Source: Basidiobolus meristosporus CBS 931.73
Taxonomy: Eukaryota > Fungi > Basidiobolomycota
Direction: 5' to 3'
Length of the DNA: 64,000 nt
NCBI GenBank assembly: GCA_002104905.1
Contig: MCFE01000373.1
Location: forward strand, 20,940-84,939
Below, in pieces: positions 48,216 to 61,100 of the stretch. The notes below the pieces were generated by a model. The model did not search any database and had not been told where the DNA came from. It worked only from the letters and a program-made list of their open reading frames with translations. The first letter of the stretch is position 1, and the number at the start of each line of letters is the position of its first letter. The position numbers and the translations under genes are program-made.

Positions 48216-50520
48216 GGATTGGATTGTTCATTGCCTACTTGACTCAGAGCCCAAAGGGTCCACATAATCATCTTTAGTAGACAGACTATTGTTGAGGTCT
48301 TGGTATAAGAGTTGTAGAGGAATAGGGAGTTTAGCTAGTATTGTACTCACTAAAACTTGAACTGCTTTTTATTGAGGTTCCAGCCGCTCCTTATATATAT
48401 CTTACCAGATCAATTGCTGACTACTGATAAGCAAAACATATAACCAATTGATTTGACTAAAAACTGATCTAACCTAAACATTGAAGTGGTAGATCATAAC
48501 ATTCTCCCTTACTAAAGTGGAGAGGGTTCTCCAGGATCACTTTTGTTGTGATACCAATATCTTGATGGTTCAGTATTATCAGCAAGTCTTGCAAACTTGA
48601 GTCTGTCCCTATACACTAAGTCTCCCAACATGTTGCCTTGTTTGTCCACTAGTTAGTAAGTTGCAAATGGACATTCTCTGATGATCTTCAATGGTCCATT
48701 CCATTGTGGCTCAAACTTCTTCCAAGTTTTGCTACTTAGCAATACAAAGTTCCCAACTGTGGATGCTTCTGGTGCTATAGTCTGATCAAATCTCTGCTTT
48801 ATCTTTTCTGCACTTTGAAATACTTTGGTCTGCACCTCTTGATGTCATTGCTCTAGCTGCTGGTGTCTACTTTGCTGACTGAATTCATCTTCTAAGGTGT
48901 CTGTAAGCTTTGGTTGTGTAAGATCTCCTGGGATCCTAGGTTTGCATCCATACACTATTTAAAAGGGTAATTGTTGGGTGATGTTGGGTTCTCTGACTCT
49001 GCTTGCAACAAGTGCTTGGTCTATGTACTCATCCCATCCACTGACAATACCAGTTGTATACTTGGTCAGCACTTTTCCAAATAATTCATTAAACCATTGA
49101 GTGACTCCATTAGTTCTGGAATGATATGCAGAGGTTTTCAAGTGTCTGATGTGCTGCATATCCAGGTAAGCTTCTGGTGTCTTAGCCATAAAGTTATCAC
49201 CTCTATTAGATAGAATCTCTATAGGGCATCCAAACTTCATAAGGATCTTATGGTAGATGAAACTTGTCACTACTTGTTCACTGTCTATAGAAACAGCTTT
49301 GGACACTGGCCTTTTGGTGGCATAGTCAATTGTTACTAGGATCCATTAGTTGCATTTGTTGGTAGTTGGCAGTCTTCCAATAAAGTTGATTCCCCATCTT
49401 TCAAATGGTCTTACAGGCTCCAAGGGAAAGAGTTTGGCAATTCTTTGTTACTGGCCTTGATTGATTTGGCAATTTGGGCAGGTTTTCACTAGCTTTTTGT
49501 GGCAATTTGGGCATGTTTTCACTAGCTTCTCAATGTCTTGTTTCTTTCTGGGCCACCATGCTCAGGCTTTCACAAGGCTATAGGTTCCTTCAATTCCAAG
49601 ATTTCCATATCCATTGTGTAGCTTATGTATTAAATCCAGGCAAGAACAGATGGGCAATAGGCAATAGGGCTTTGATCAGCTATTTGATAGAGTGTTTCAT
49701 CCTATATTACAAATTTGCTGACTTTGTCCTGGATTATCTTCTTGATATCTTCATCCACCTCATTACAAATGGCTTGATCCTCCAAGTACTTTGGTAATAG
49801 GATAGGCCAATCTAATTCATGCACCAAGTGGAGTTGTGCAACTTGTTCTAATCTTGATAAGGCATCACCAACTGTGTTGTTCTCCCAGGGCAGGTGACAA
49901 TCTCCTGATCAAATTGCTCAATGTATTCACTCCATCTTGTCATTCTTCTAGAGAGTACCTTATGAGTAAAGTATACTTTAGGGATGCATGAACAGTCTTC
50001 ACAGTGCATTTGACTCCTTCAATATAGCATCTCCATATCTTCAAACAGTGTATTGTAGCAAGCATCTGCTTCTCATGCACTGGATAGCTTTGTACTGCTG
50101 AGTTCAGTTTCTTGAACTCAAAGGCAACTGGGTAGTCCTTTCCCTTGTGTTCTTGGCTCAACACTCTACCAATTGCATAATCTGAAGCATCTGTGCACGG
50201 AGTAAGCACTTTTCTGAAGTCAGGTAGTCTTAAACTTGGCAGCTTAGCAAGTTCATTCTTGAATGTCTGGAAGGCAGTATCACAAGCTATGTCTGACTTG
50301 AAGGTATTGTCTTTCTTGAGGTTATCGGTTGAAGGGGCTGCAATATTTGTAAAGGACTTGACAAATCTCCAATCATAGAAGGCCATTTCAAGGAATGTTC
50401 TGAGTTCTTATATACTATGGGGCTGCTTCACATTCTTGATAACTTCAGCTTTTTTAGGGTCTAAGGTTACTCCTGTGCTTGTCACTATGTGTCCCAGATA
50501 TTCAATGTGATCCTTGAAGA

Positions 50521-53500
50521 TGTTGCAATAATTAGGAGTCCACCTAATTATTAATATATTATGAACTAGCACTTGGTGAAATGATATATTTCAGATTATC
50601 AACATGGAAATTAGTTTGTAAGATATTTACTAATTATTAGGATTTTAGAAGTACAGAATTTTAGGAAAATCTGAAATTTGTCCAAATGAGCTGAAACTTA
50701 GCACATGTACTCCTGAGACTCCCCTAATAATGACCAAATATTCACATTTACGTAGTTCTGCAATAAGTATAAATACTGTGTTGCAACTCAATAAAATATC
50801 AAGTGAATATCATGTAAATCTTCTAATTCTCCATTTTCCTTCCAGTATATCTCTCTAATATTTCAACAGGTTATGAGCCCCACGCTTGCTTTATCTTGGT
50901 TGTCTACTTTGCTCCAGTGCTGTGTCTTTATTCTGGAGAAAGACCACCTGGTCTACCTGAAGTTACAAAAGACAGAAAAGTACTGCCACTGCAAAGAACT
51001 GCTAGATGGGATATATTGTTTTGGAGAGAGAGGCCTTTGCCCTTAAAGAAGACACTAAGCAAAGAAAACGGTCATATGTCAAGGAGATCATGTTGGACAA
51101 ATTTCAAAAGTTATGGAATATGCAGAAGGATGAAGCTTTGAGAAAATGCATAATCCCAGCAAGGAGTCAAGATCAATAAGGGGCATCTTACTGTTGTAAA
51201 AATTTGTATTTCCACCTAAATATTCACCCAACTTAGTCACTTAGATCATTATCTTCAAATCCTAGAGAATACTGACCAAATTCCTTGTTGGGATTATCTT
51301 GGAATATTTTCACCAAAATGCCAGGTACCCAGAACATGAAAAATTCTCGAAGTTGTCCAAACAGCCCCAAACTTTGCACACATGTTCTTGGGACCTTCCT
51401 TAGCCTATTCTACGTGTTTGTAATGCCAAGACCAGGTAAAAGTATAAATACTACTTTTACATTCAATAAATCATTAAGTGAAAACCACATGATCTACTTG
51501 TCCTCCCAATCACTTCCAATATCTCCAAGACTCTTACAACACTTACATGATATATGTATTAATCCTATGATCCTTATTATCACCACATGATGGATCTATT
51601 TTGAAGATCCATGTATACCTGGGTTTGGATTAGACTATTTCAGTTGATGAAGTGCCCACATTGCTGCAGTGAATTTACATAAGTCTGTAGTCACTTGAAA
51701 TGAAATGATGCGCAAACACTTTGATGCCACCTGCTGCCCTGGTTTGGAGTTGAATTTGCCAACAGATATATGGATCAGCTTGCCCAAGCTCTGAGGATCC
51801 AAATGATATAAATCCTATATATTTGGCCAAAGATCAGTGATCTCAGATGTGCCAACTTAGGAGTGGTATGCATGATATATCAGTGGGACTATTTCCAGTA
51901 CCAATGATCCTGAAGCTCTGTGAGACACTTATTAGACAAGCTACATGTCTACATCAAGTATCAGATACAGTGGGAGGAGATACATCCATATATGTTGAAG
52001 CATGGAATTTCTACCGCCATCAAGAAAAGTGCTACCGGAGACCTTGGCCAAAGTATATGCATATAGTCTCTATATACACTATAGAATATGCATGAAGTAC
52101 TATCAAGGAGTGTACTAGTTGCCCTACACTAGTACATATATCACATACTTACAGTGATGAAGGATCATTTATATTAACATGGATCAGATGTTAATCATGC
52201 TATTTTGATCAGATCAAGTTGCTTACAGCTCCCAGCTATGGGCCAAACTGCAATGATGATATCTGCCACCAAGCTGCTGAGAGAAATGGCTTTTTAAGGA
52301 AGTTTATTTGATCAAATTTGATCAAGCCTGTGAAAAGTTATGCCAGATCAAAATGGATGAACAATTTGGTTGAAACATCTCAGAATAGATATGTTTTGAG
52401 GACAGGAGGTTCCTGAACACTCTGGGAGATCTAACAAACCGTGGATATGCTACCTGTATGGTCCAGATCTAGATGAATAAGGAAATTCCAGCAACCAGCA
52501 TATTTAAGACCAGATATGGAACAAAAACCTACCACCAATAAGTTGCCAGTTTCTAAATGGAGTTAGGTGATACCTAGGCCAGATTTGTACTATCTAGCAC
52601 ACTAGATATGATCCAGTTATTCTACCACACAAGGATAGTGGAGTATTGTTGCTAAGGAAAGCAGCAGAGCAGTCCAAGAGAACCTACGTACTCAGAGGCA
52701 ACATCACAATTATGGTGAACAATGAGGTCAACTTACTTGCAGTGGAGGCTAGAGAAGTGGTACCAAGGGCCAACCTAGGGGTTATGATGGGTCCAGAAGA
52801 TCTTGCACTTGTCTATTTGCACTGTCAATCAAGCTCTATGCTGGAAAGCTCTATCAGAAGTAACAGTGGCTTATCAGAGCCATTATTGTAGATTTACACA
52901 ACTGGAAAGTGCCAGATCAGGTTGTACTGTTCAAGCGCAATAGTACATATGAGACCATATCTATCCTGTTTAGGATTAGGCCTCTATGAATAGCTGCCAT
53001 TTAAGCTGTGGTATGCTGTGATACCAAATCAAGCCTATCAAGATGCAAAGGGAAGATCTGAATACCATAACAGTGATATCAGTCCAAGAAAGTTATGCCT
53101 GGATCAGAAGGATATATATGATCTATCTTAGTCAGTTTTAGAAGGCAGGAAGCACCAGAAGACATAGCTTCAGTGGGAGTACAATATCCCAGATCAGGAA
53201 TGAAGAAAACCAAGGCTAGATACCATTGAAGGCACTAGTCTGGAAGAGGAAATACTTGGTCAACCGGTGAAGAATAAGGCAACTACAATGCTGATCTTTG
53301 TTGGTCTCAGCAGATCATATATGGAATATATGAGGAAAGTTACTATCCAGTTCCAGTTATGGATATATGGAGGATAGTCTAAGTGAATTAGACTATAGAC
53401 TGGAACTGTGGATGATCCAGATCTACTGGAGAGAAGACCACTTCCTAACTTTGCTAATTATTGACCAATTTTACTCAAATAAGAAACAGCAGAAAGCCTG

Positions 53501-54172
53501 AGAATGCAGCTCTCTGATGATACAAACTAAGCCTGGATTTGATCAGTATCTGAAAAGTTTTACTCCAATCAAATTGATGATACTCATTCATAGATATTTG
53601 TGATGAGATCAGAGTTCAGACTCAAAGCAATTTGATCTGAAGTATGTAATCAACAGTATGGACTTATTTGTAGTTATTACAGATAATATGCAATCCTTAA
53701 CATATATTGGAGAATACATTAGTCCAATAGGTCAGATGGTTAATTGCAGGTTTAATTTCAACCGCAAGATACACAACACCACAGCAAGTTCATAAGTATA
53801 TTAATATATTATGTGAGTGGGAGTGTTGAGATAATTAGAAGCTCACCTAATTATTAATATATTATGAACTAGCACTTAGTGAAATGATATATCTCAGATT
53901 GTCAACATGGAAAATAGTTTGTAAGATATTTACTAATTATTAGGAATTAGAGAAGTACAGAATTTTAGGAAAATCTGAAACTTGTCCAAATGAGCTGAAA
54001 CTTGGCAAATGTACTCCTGAGACTCCCCTAATAATGACCAAATAGTCACATTTACGTAGTTCTGCAATATGTATAAATACTGTGTTGCAACTCAATAAAA
54101 CATCAAGTGAATATCATGTAAATCTTCTAATTCTCCAATTCACTTCCAGTATATCTCTCTAATATTTCAACA
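50521..54172 (+). mobile_element. Element D2: non-coding LTR element (LARD/TRIM-like, 3652 bp including a nested solo LTR)
   Basis: LTRs 50521-50868 and 53824-54172, perfect 5-bp TSD GAAGA, PBS GGTTATGAGCCC, PPT GTGAGTGGGAG. No recognisable gag/pol motifs in the ORF track. Confidence 0.92.
51192..51541 (+). mobile_element. Solo LTR of copia family 1 nested in D2
   Basis: TGTTGTAA...TTACAACA with a perfect TSD CTTAC on both sides. Confidence 0.95.
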
Positions 54173-55164
54173 GAAGAATTCACACTCAAAAACCTTGCCA
54201 TAATGCTTGTTCTCTCTTGGCTTCTTCAAGACCTTTTCAATGTGCACCAAGTGATCCTCTTCTGTCTTGCTCTATAACAATATATCATCTTGATAGATTA
54301 TCACAAATAGTCTAAGTACTCCTGGAAGACAGTCTGCATCAGGGTCATGAATGTTGCTGGGTCATTGGTGAGGCCAAAACTCATGACAAAGTACTCATAA
54401 TGTCCAAATTTGGTCCTGAATGCTGTCTTTGGGATGTTTTCTGGCTTCACCCTAATCTGGTTGTATCCTGACATCAGGTCAATCTTCCTGAAAATAGTGG
54501 CTGCAATGAGTTGGTCCAGTGGCTCATCAATCCAAGGTATGGGGTACTTATTCTTCATAGGAACTGAGTTAACAGCTCTGTAGTCAATTCAAATCCAAAA
54601 TGTTCTATCCTTCTTGTTCACAAATAATACTGGTGCTCCTCAAGGTGACTTGCCAGGTCTGATGTATCCTTGCTTCAGTAACTGATCTATTTGTCTCTTC
54701 ATCTCTTCCAACTCCAATGGACTCGTTCTGCAAGGTATCTTACTCACTAGAGGTAGGCTTACAAGCTCATCTGGAAATAAATCTGAATACTCATTCAAAA
54801 GATTCTGGCTTTTCTTGGGTATTGGAATAGAGGAATCCTCCTGTAATACTGCCATGAGAAAATCTGGGTGCCTTTTCCAAGTCCTCTACAGAACTGTGTA
54901 TTGCTAACTTCAGTTGTTTCACACACATTGAAACTGGCCAAGTTAAAATCCAATCTGGCAGGTAATAACTCAGAGGTCTAGTTGTCCTTCTAGATCTGAG
55001 TAGCATGGGTTCTCCAGTTATTTCATGAATTATGACAAAAAAGCCAGGTTTTCCAAGTACAAGGTCAAGCTTGCAGTTCCCACATATATAGGCCTGTAGG
55101 TCTTCTTCATAGTTATTGATCTTCATCCGTACTGGCTGAGAAATACAGTTGATTATGTGAGAGT

Positions 55165-58100
55165 TGTTGAAATATTGGACTATTTGGTATCATTCAGCAG
55201 CTAAAAATTTACTTAACAATTCTAGACTAGTCTTAGTCACTCTAGGACTCATTTACTGCCTTAACTTTGCCACTTTCTCCAGATATATGATCTTATGATT
55301 ATTCCCATATAGTCAGGATCAAATTAGCACCATTACCAAACATTATGTACTAACCCTGAAACTGTTACAGAATGCTCCTGAATATTGAGAAACCCTCCCT
55401 ACTTAGTGTTACAGCTGTAATACTTCTACAAAGGTATAAATACTGAGCTTCTTTATGAATAAACAACAGTTCAACTATTATCACTATTTCTTGATAAGTT
55501 CCTTATATCCAAATCACTTTGTAAATTGCAACAGGTTATGAGCCCTAATTGCCTTAATCTATTCTAAAGATGACTTCCACAAGCAAACAAAGCAATACTA
55601 AGATCTTCCCTGTAAAGGAGAGGTTTGATAGGAAGAACTACAGACTTTGGAGAATCAAGTTGCAGATCCACCTTGAGGAAAGAAAGCTTTGTAACATAGT
55701 AACAGGAAAGGAAGTAGAGCCCAAAGGAACAGCAGAAGATGTAGAGAAGTTTCAAGAGAAGGAGAGAAAGGCCTTCAATGCCATATACATCAATGTGCAA
55801 GACTCCTTCATTGGACAAATCCATGCCGCAAATACTGCCAAAGCAGCATGGGAATCCTTAGAGAAGATCTTTAGAGCAAAGTCAGTATTAAGCAAGCTTT
55901 ATTTGAAACAAAAGTTCTTCAACATGAGGAAGAAACCAGATGATGACATGCTACAACTCATTACCAGAATGGAGACACTTGCAGAAGAAATTTACAGTAT
56001 TAATGCTGGTGTAGATGATGAAGAAAAGATACTCTGTCTGCTTTGCAGCCTACCAGATGAGTATGAGCCACTCATACTTTCTTTTGAAAGCAGAGAAGAC
56101 AACTTGACTTTAGACTATGTCAAAGGAAGACTTCTCCATGAAGAACTCAGATGTAATGATCAAGCAGAGAAAATTGAAGATAATGCTTTATTCAGTTCAG
56201 AAAGGCATACTGAAAAGAAGGGAAAGTAACAAAACCAAAGAAAACCTGGCTGCTGTAACTACTGTAAGAAGCCAGGTCACTGGGCAAGAGAATGCAAGAA
56301 GAAACAAGCAGACAAAAAACAGAAACTAGAGCAGGCAAACCATATAACTACTGATGAACAGTTATTTGTAACTGTACAAGACAGTGCAAGTAACCAAAGT
56401 AATGAATGGTATATTGACTCTGCAACATCACAATATATTTGTGGTATAAAGGATTGGTTCAGCAACTTAAAGACTATTCCTGTAAGAAAGGTTTATCTGG
56501 GAGATAACTCTGCATTGGAAGCTACCGCCAGTGGGTCTATACAACTAAATATGAGTGATAACTCAGGGGCAACAACAGCAAAACTGACTGCCGTACTCTA
56601 TGTACCTGGAATAGCTAAGAACCTACTTTCAGTCAGTAAAGCAACTACTCAGGGACTGAAATTTGTTTTTACCAAGCTGTGCTGCTCAATATTGAGTGAG
56701 AATGGACAAAAATTAGCTTTGGGAATCAGAGATCACAATATATACAAGTTACAATGCAAGATCATTGTACCTGAGTATGTCAACATTGCTGAAACTGATG
56801 AAACCAACTGGGAGACGTGGCATAGGAGGCTAGGACACATAGGGGAACAGAAAATGAGCCAATTGGTGAAAAATCAGCTTGTTTTGGGCCCAGAATACTC
56901 AACTCCAATCAAATTGAATGTTTGCAAGGGATGTTCATATGGCAAACAAGCTAGGCAACATTTCAAGAGCTCAGAAGGCTTCAATAGCACCAAAATATTG
57001 GCTATTGTACACTCAGACATATGTGGCCCCATAAGAACACTGTCCATTGGCGCCAAGAGATACTTTATGATGTTTATTGATGACAAGACAAGATATACAC
57101 AGGTGTACTTCCTCAAAACAAAGGATGAAGCTTTAGAGACGCTTAAGCATTTCAAGAACATGGCAGAAACACAAACTGGGTGTAAATTGAAGGTACTACA
57201 AAGTGACCATCGAGGAGAATACTGCTCTAAGGAGTTTGCAAAATACTGCTTGTCTACTGGTATACTTCAACAGACCACAGTTCCTCATACTCCACAGCAA
57301 AATGGAGTAGCAGAACATGCAAATAGAACAATAGTAGAGATGGGAAGATCTATGCTAAATGATAAGGGAATGGACTACAAGTTTTGGGCTGAATCTGTTG
57401 CTACCACTGTATACCTCAAGAACAGATGCCCAAAAACAGCACTACGTGCTTTTACACCCTTTGAAGCATATACAGGCAAAAAACCAGATCTCCAGCACCT
57501 CAGGATCTTTGACAGTGATGTTTTTTATCACATCCCTGACAAAAAACACTCAAAGTTGGAACCAATGAGTAGGAAAGGGATCTTTCTTGGGTATTGTGAA
57601 GATACTAAAGGGTATAGAGTGTATGATGGCAAAATTCAGAAGCTGATCAAGAGCAGGGACGTTGTATTTGAGGAGAATTCAGATCAGAAAGCCACAGAAA
57701 TCATTGGTCAGCTGCCTGATGATGCAATCAACACAAATGAAGAAGATACGTACCAAATCCAGCCAGAGATGGAAGATACTTCTACCAGTTCCAGATCAGA
57801 ACAGATTATCCCAGTTAGGAGATCTACCAGAATAAGAGATGCCCCTGGATCCTGGTGGCAGACATCCAATGATCATGAAGAAGCTTATCTTGCCTTATGT
57901 GCCAAACCTCAGAATCTGGAACAGGCAATGCAAGGTGCAGATGCTACTAAGTGGCAACAAGCCATGCAGGAGGAGTACCAATCACTGATCAAGGCAAAAA
58001 CGTGAGAACTGGTAGATTTACCAAATGGGAGAAAGCCAATAGGATGTAGATGGGTCTACAAGATCAAGATAACCTCAAATGGTGCCGTTGATCAGAACAA

Positions 58101-61100
58101 GGCTAGATTGGTAGCTAAAGACTATTCCCAGATCCAGGAACTAGACTTTAAGGAAACATTTGCTCTGGTTGCCAAGTTTAACTCTATTTGGACAGTTCTA
58201 GCCCTGGCAGCTATACACAGTCTAGATCTACACCAAATGGATGTCAAAACAGCCTTTCTAAATAGGGATTTCAAGAAACTATATATATGGAGCAACCAGA
58301 AGGTTTTACTGATCCAAAAGGCCCTCATAAGGTGTGCAAACTTAGAAAATTGTTGTATGGGCTTAAGCAGGCACCCAGGGCATGGTATAACAAGATTGAC
58401 ACATATCTAGAGGAAATTGGGTTCTCTCTGTTGTAAAAAATTTGTATTTCCACCTAAATATTCACCTAACTTAGTCACTTAGATCATCACCTTCAAATCC
58501 TAGAGAATACTGACCAAATTCCTTGTTGGGATTTACTTGGAATATTTTCACCAAAATGCCAGGTACCCAGAACATGAAAAATTCTCAAAGTTGTCCAAAC
58601 AGCCCCAAACTTTGCACACATGTTCTTGGGACCTTTCTTAACCTATTCTATGTGTTTGTAATGCCAAGGCTATGTAAAAGTATAAATACTACTTTCACAT
58701 TCAATAGATCATTAAGTGAAAACTACATAATCTACTTGTTCTCCCAATCACTTCCAATATCTCCAAGACTCTTACAACAGGTTATGAGCCCCAAGCTGTC
58801 ACTCTCTGCAATGTCTACTACTGCTAACACTGGAATTTTTCCCTCTGCTGAAAAGTTGGATGGATCTAACTACCAAGTGTGGAAGGTGAAGATGAAGATG
58901 CTGCTACAAGAAAGAGGCCTTTGGGATATTGTCATGGGAGAAGAATGCCGTCCTAAAAACATGGGAGAGGAAGCCTTAAAGTACCAGAAGAAAGAACAAA
59001 GTGCCTTTAACTGCATTTGCCTTAATGTCAAGGACAAATTGCTAATTCAATGCTCAAGAGCAAAAACGGCAAAGAATGCCTGGAAAGCATTAGAGGACAC
59101 CTACCAGTCATGTTCAGCTGCTAAGAAGATGTATCTGAGATGAGAATTTCTTACTACAAAGATGCTGCCAGGAGAAGAAATGAAAAATCTAATTAACAAA
59201 ATTACCCTGCTGGTAAATGAAATGGAATCTGTGGGCATACCAACTACTGATGAGGATGTGATAGTTACCATCCTGAATAGCCTGACAGACAAGTTTCAGG
59301 GCCTTGTATCAGCCCTAGAGTCCAGAACTGAAGATTTGACCTTAAATTATGTATATGGAAGGCTCCTGGATGAAGAATTAAGAAAATCAAGTGCCAATAA
59401 GAAGGAAGAAGAAAATGCTTTAATAAGCAATGATAACCAACAAAGGAGGTACCCAAGACCCTACAAAGGCAACAGCAACCTGTTTTGTAACTACTGCAAA
59501 AGGAAAGGACACACATCAGACCGGTGTCTCAAAAAGAAAGATAATCAGCAAAAGAATCCTCAATATGGAAATGCTGCAACAACTGAAGATAGACTATTCA
59601 TATCTGCACTAAATATGACCACAAACAAGGATTCTCAGACGTGGTATATTGACTCTGGAGCATCTCAACACTTTACACACCAAAAAGAACTTTTACCCAA
59701 TATCAAGAAATTCCAGTTAAGAAGGTTTTCATGGGTGACAATAGAACACTTGATGCAGTGGGAGAAGGAACTATCCAAGTAAACCTTAGAAGCAGTGAAG
59801 AAAGCCATACACTGACCTTTAAAGAAGTACTCTATGTACCAGAAATAGCCAAGAACCTACTCTCTGTAAGCAAGGCCACAGCAGAAGGACTCAGTTTCAG
59901 TTTTGACAATTCTGGATGCAGGATCACTGATCAAAATTGTGCCCATATTGCTTTGGGCATCAGAGATCCAAATCTATACAAGTTGATTTATATTCCATCA
60001 TATCTGGAAGCCAATATAAGTAACTTAAATGAACAAACACCAATGCTTTGGCACAGGAGATTTGGGCACCTCAATTTTGACTATTTGAGTAAAATGATCA
60101 AAGATCAGCTAATTGCTGGAGTGAAAATTGATCCCCCAGCTAATTTGGAGCACTGTGAAGCCTGCATATATGGGAAATAAGCCAGACAACTGTTGAAGAG
60201 CTCTGGGTTAATCAAAACTAAGAAAAAATTAGATCTAATTCACTCAGATCTGTGTGGACCTATGCAAAATTTATCCTTAGGCGGGATGAAGTATTTAATC
60301 ACTTTTGTTGATGATTATACAAGATACACATGGGTCTACTTCATGGAGAGAAAGGAAGAAGCTCTGTCTAAGTTCAGGGCGTTTAAAGCCATGGTGGAGA
60401 GAGAAACTGGCAAAACAATCAAGAAAATACGCTCTGATAATGGTGGAGAATATACCTCAAAACTCTTCATCCACTTCTGCAAAATTCATGGGATAAAGCA
60501 AGAGACTACTGTACCATACTCCCCACAGCAAAATGGAGTAGCAGAGCAAGCTAACAGATCAATAATTGATATGGCAAGATCTATGATCCATGATCAAAAA
60601 TTATCCTATGATTTTTGGGCGGATTCAGTTGCCACAGCTGTATACCTTAAAAATAGGAGTTATAACAGAATACTTCGTGATTCTACTCCATTTGAAGCAT
60701 GGTATGGATACAGACCAAGTGCAAAACATCTATGAATATTTGGATGCACAGCATATGCCAAAACACTGCCCAGAAATCAGTCAAAATTTGAGCCAAAAAG
60801 TGTAAAATGCATATTTTTGGGCTACAGCAATGAGAGTAAGGCATACAGACTCTACAATACCAAAGCAAAGAAGCTTATCAAGTCCAGGGATGTGTTGTTT
60901 GATGAAAATTCAAAATTTTCACAAAAAATGACATCAGATGATGACAAAAATTTGATCTCAAGTCCACCAATTGTCAGGATTGAATCAGAGCAAAACAATG
61001 AAAATTTTTTCACTCCAGAGGACTCTACAACCGTGGTTCAGCCAGAATCAGTGCCCAGGAATATCCCAGAAGTGATCTTTCCAGTATCAAATGCCCGGAG

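Larger units (their letters stand above)
48225..55164 (-). mobile_element. Ty3/gypsy element C, degenerate and interrupted by D2; its 5' part lies beyond the copia-2 insertion
   Basis: PPT at about 48502-48510 and a 3' LTR starting TGTTATGATC at 48501 (far end uncertain, 48225 or 48290). Integrase 48959-49306, RNase H (TDASDYAIG) 49940-50386. RT resumes across D2 (CEFF-KDHIEYLGH) and continues at 54301-54558. Confidence 0.85.

Noticed and set aside
58523-58810. Recurrent ORF MLGFTWNIFTKMPGTQNMK... (also at 11017, 24158, 51285 and 62872)
   Set aside because: It is a read-through of the copia-1 LTR; the recurrence reflects LTR copies, not a gene. The real gag ATG is at 58811.
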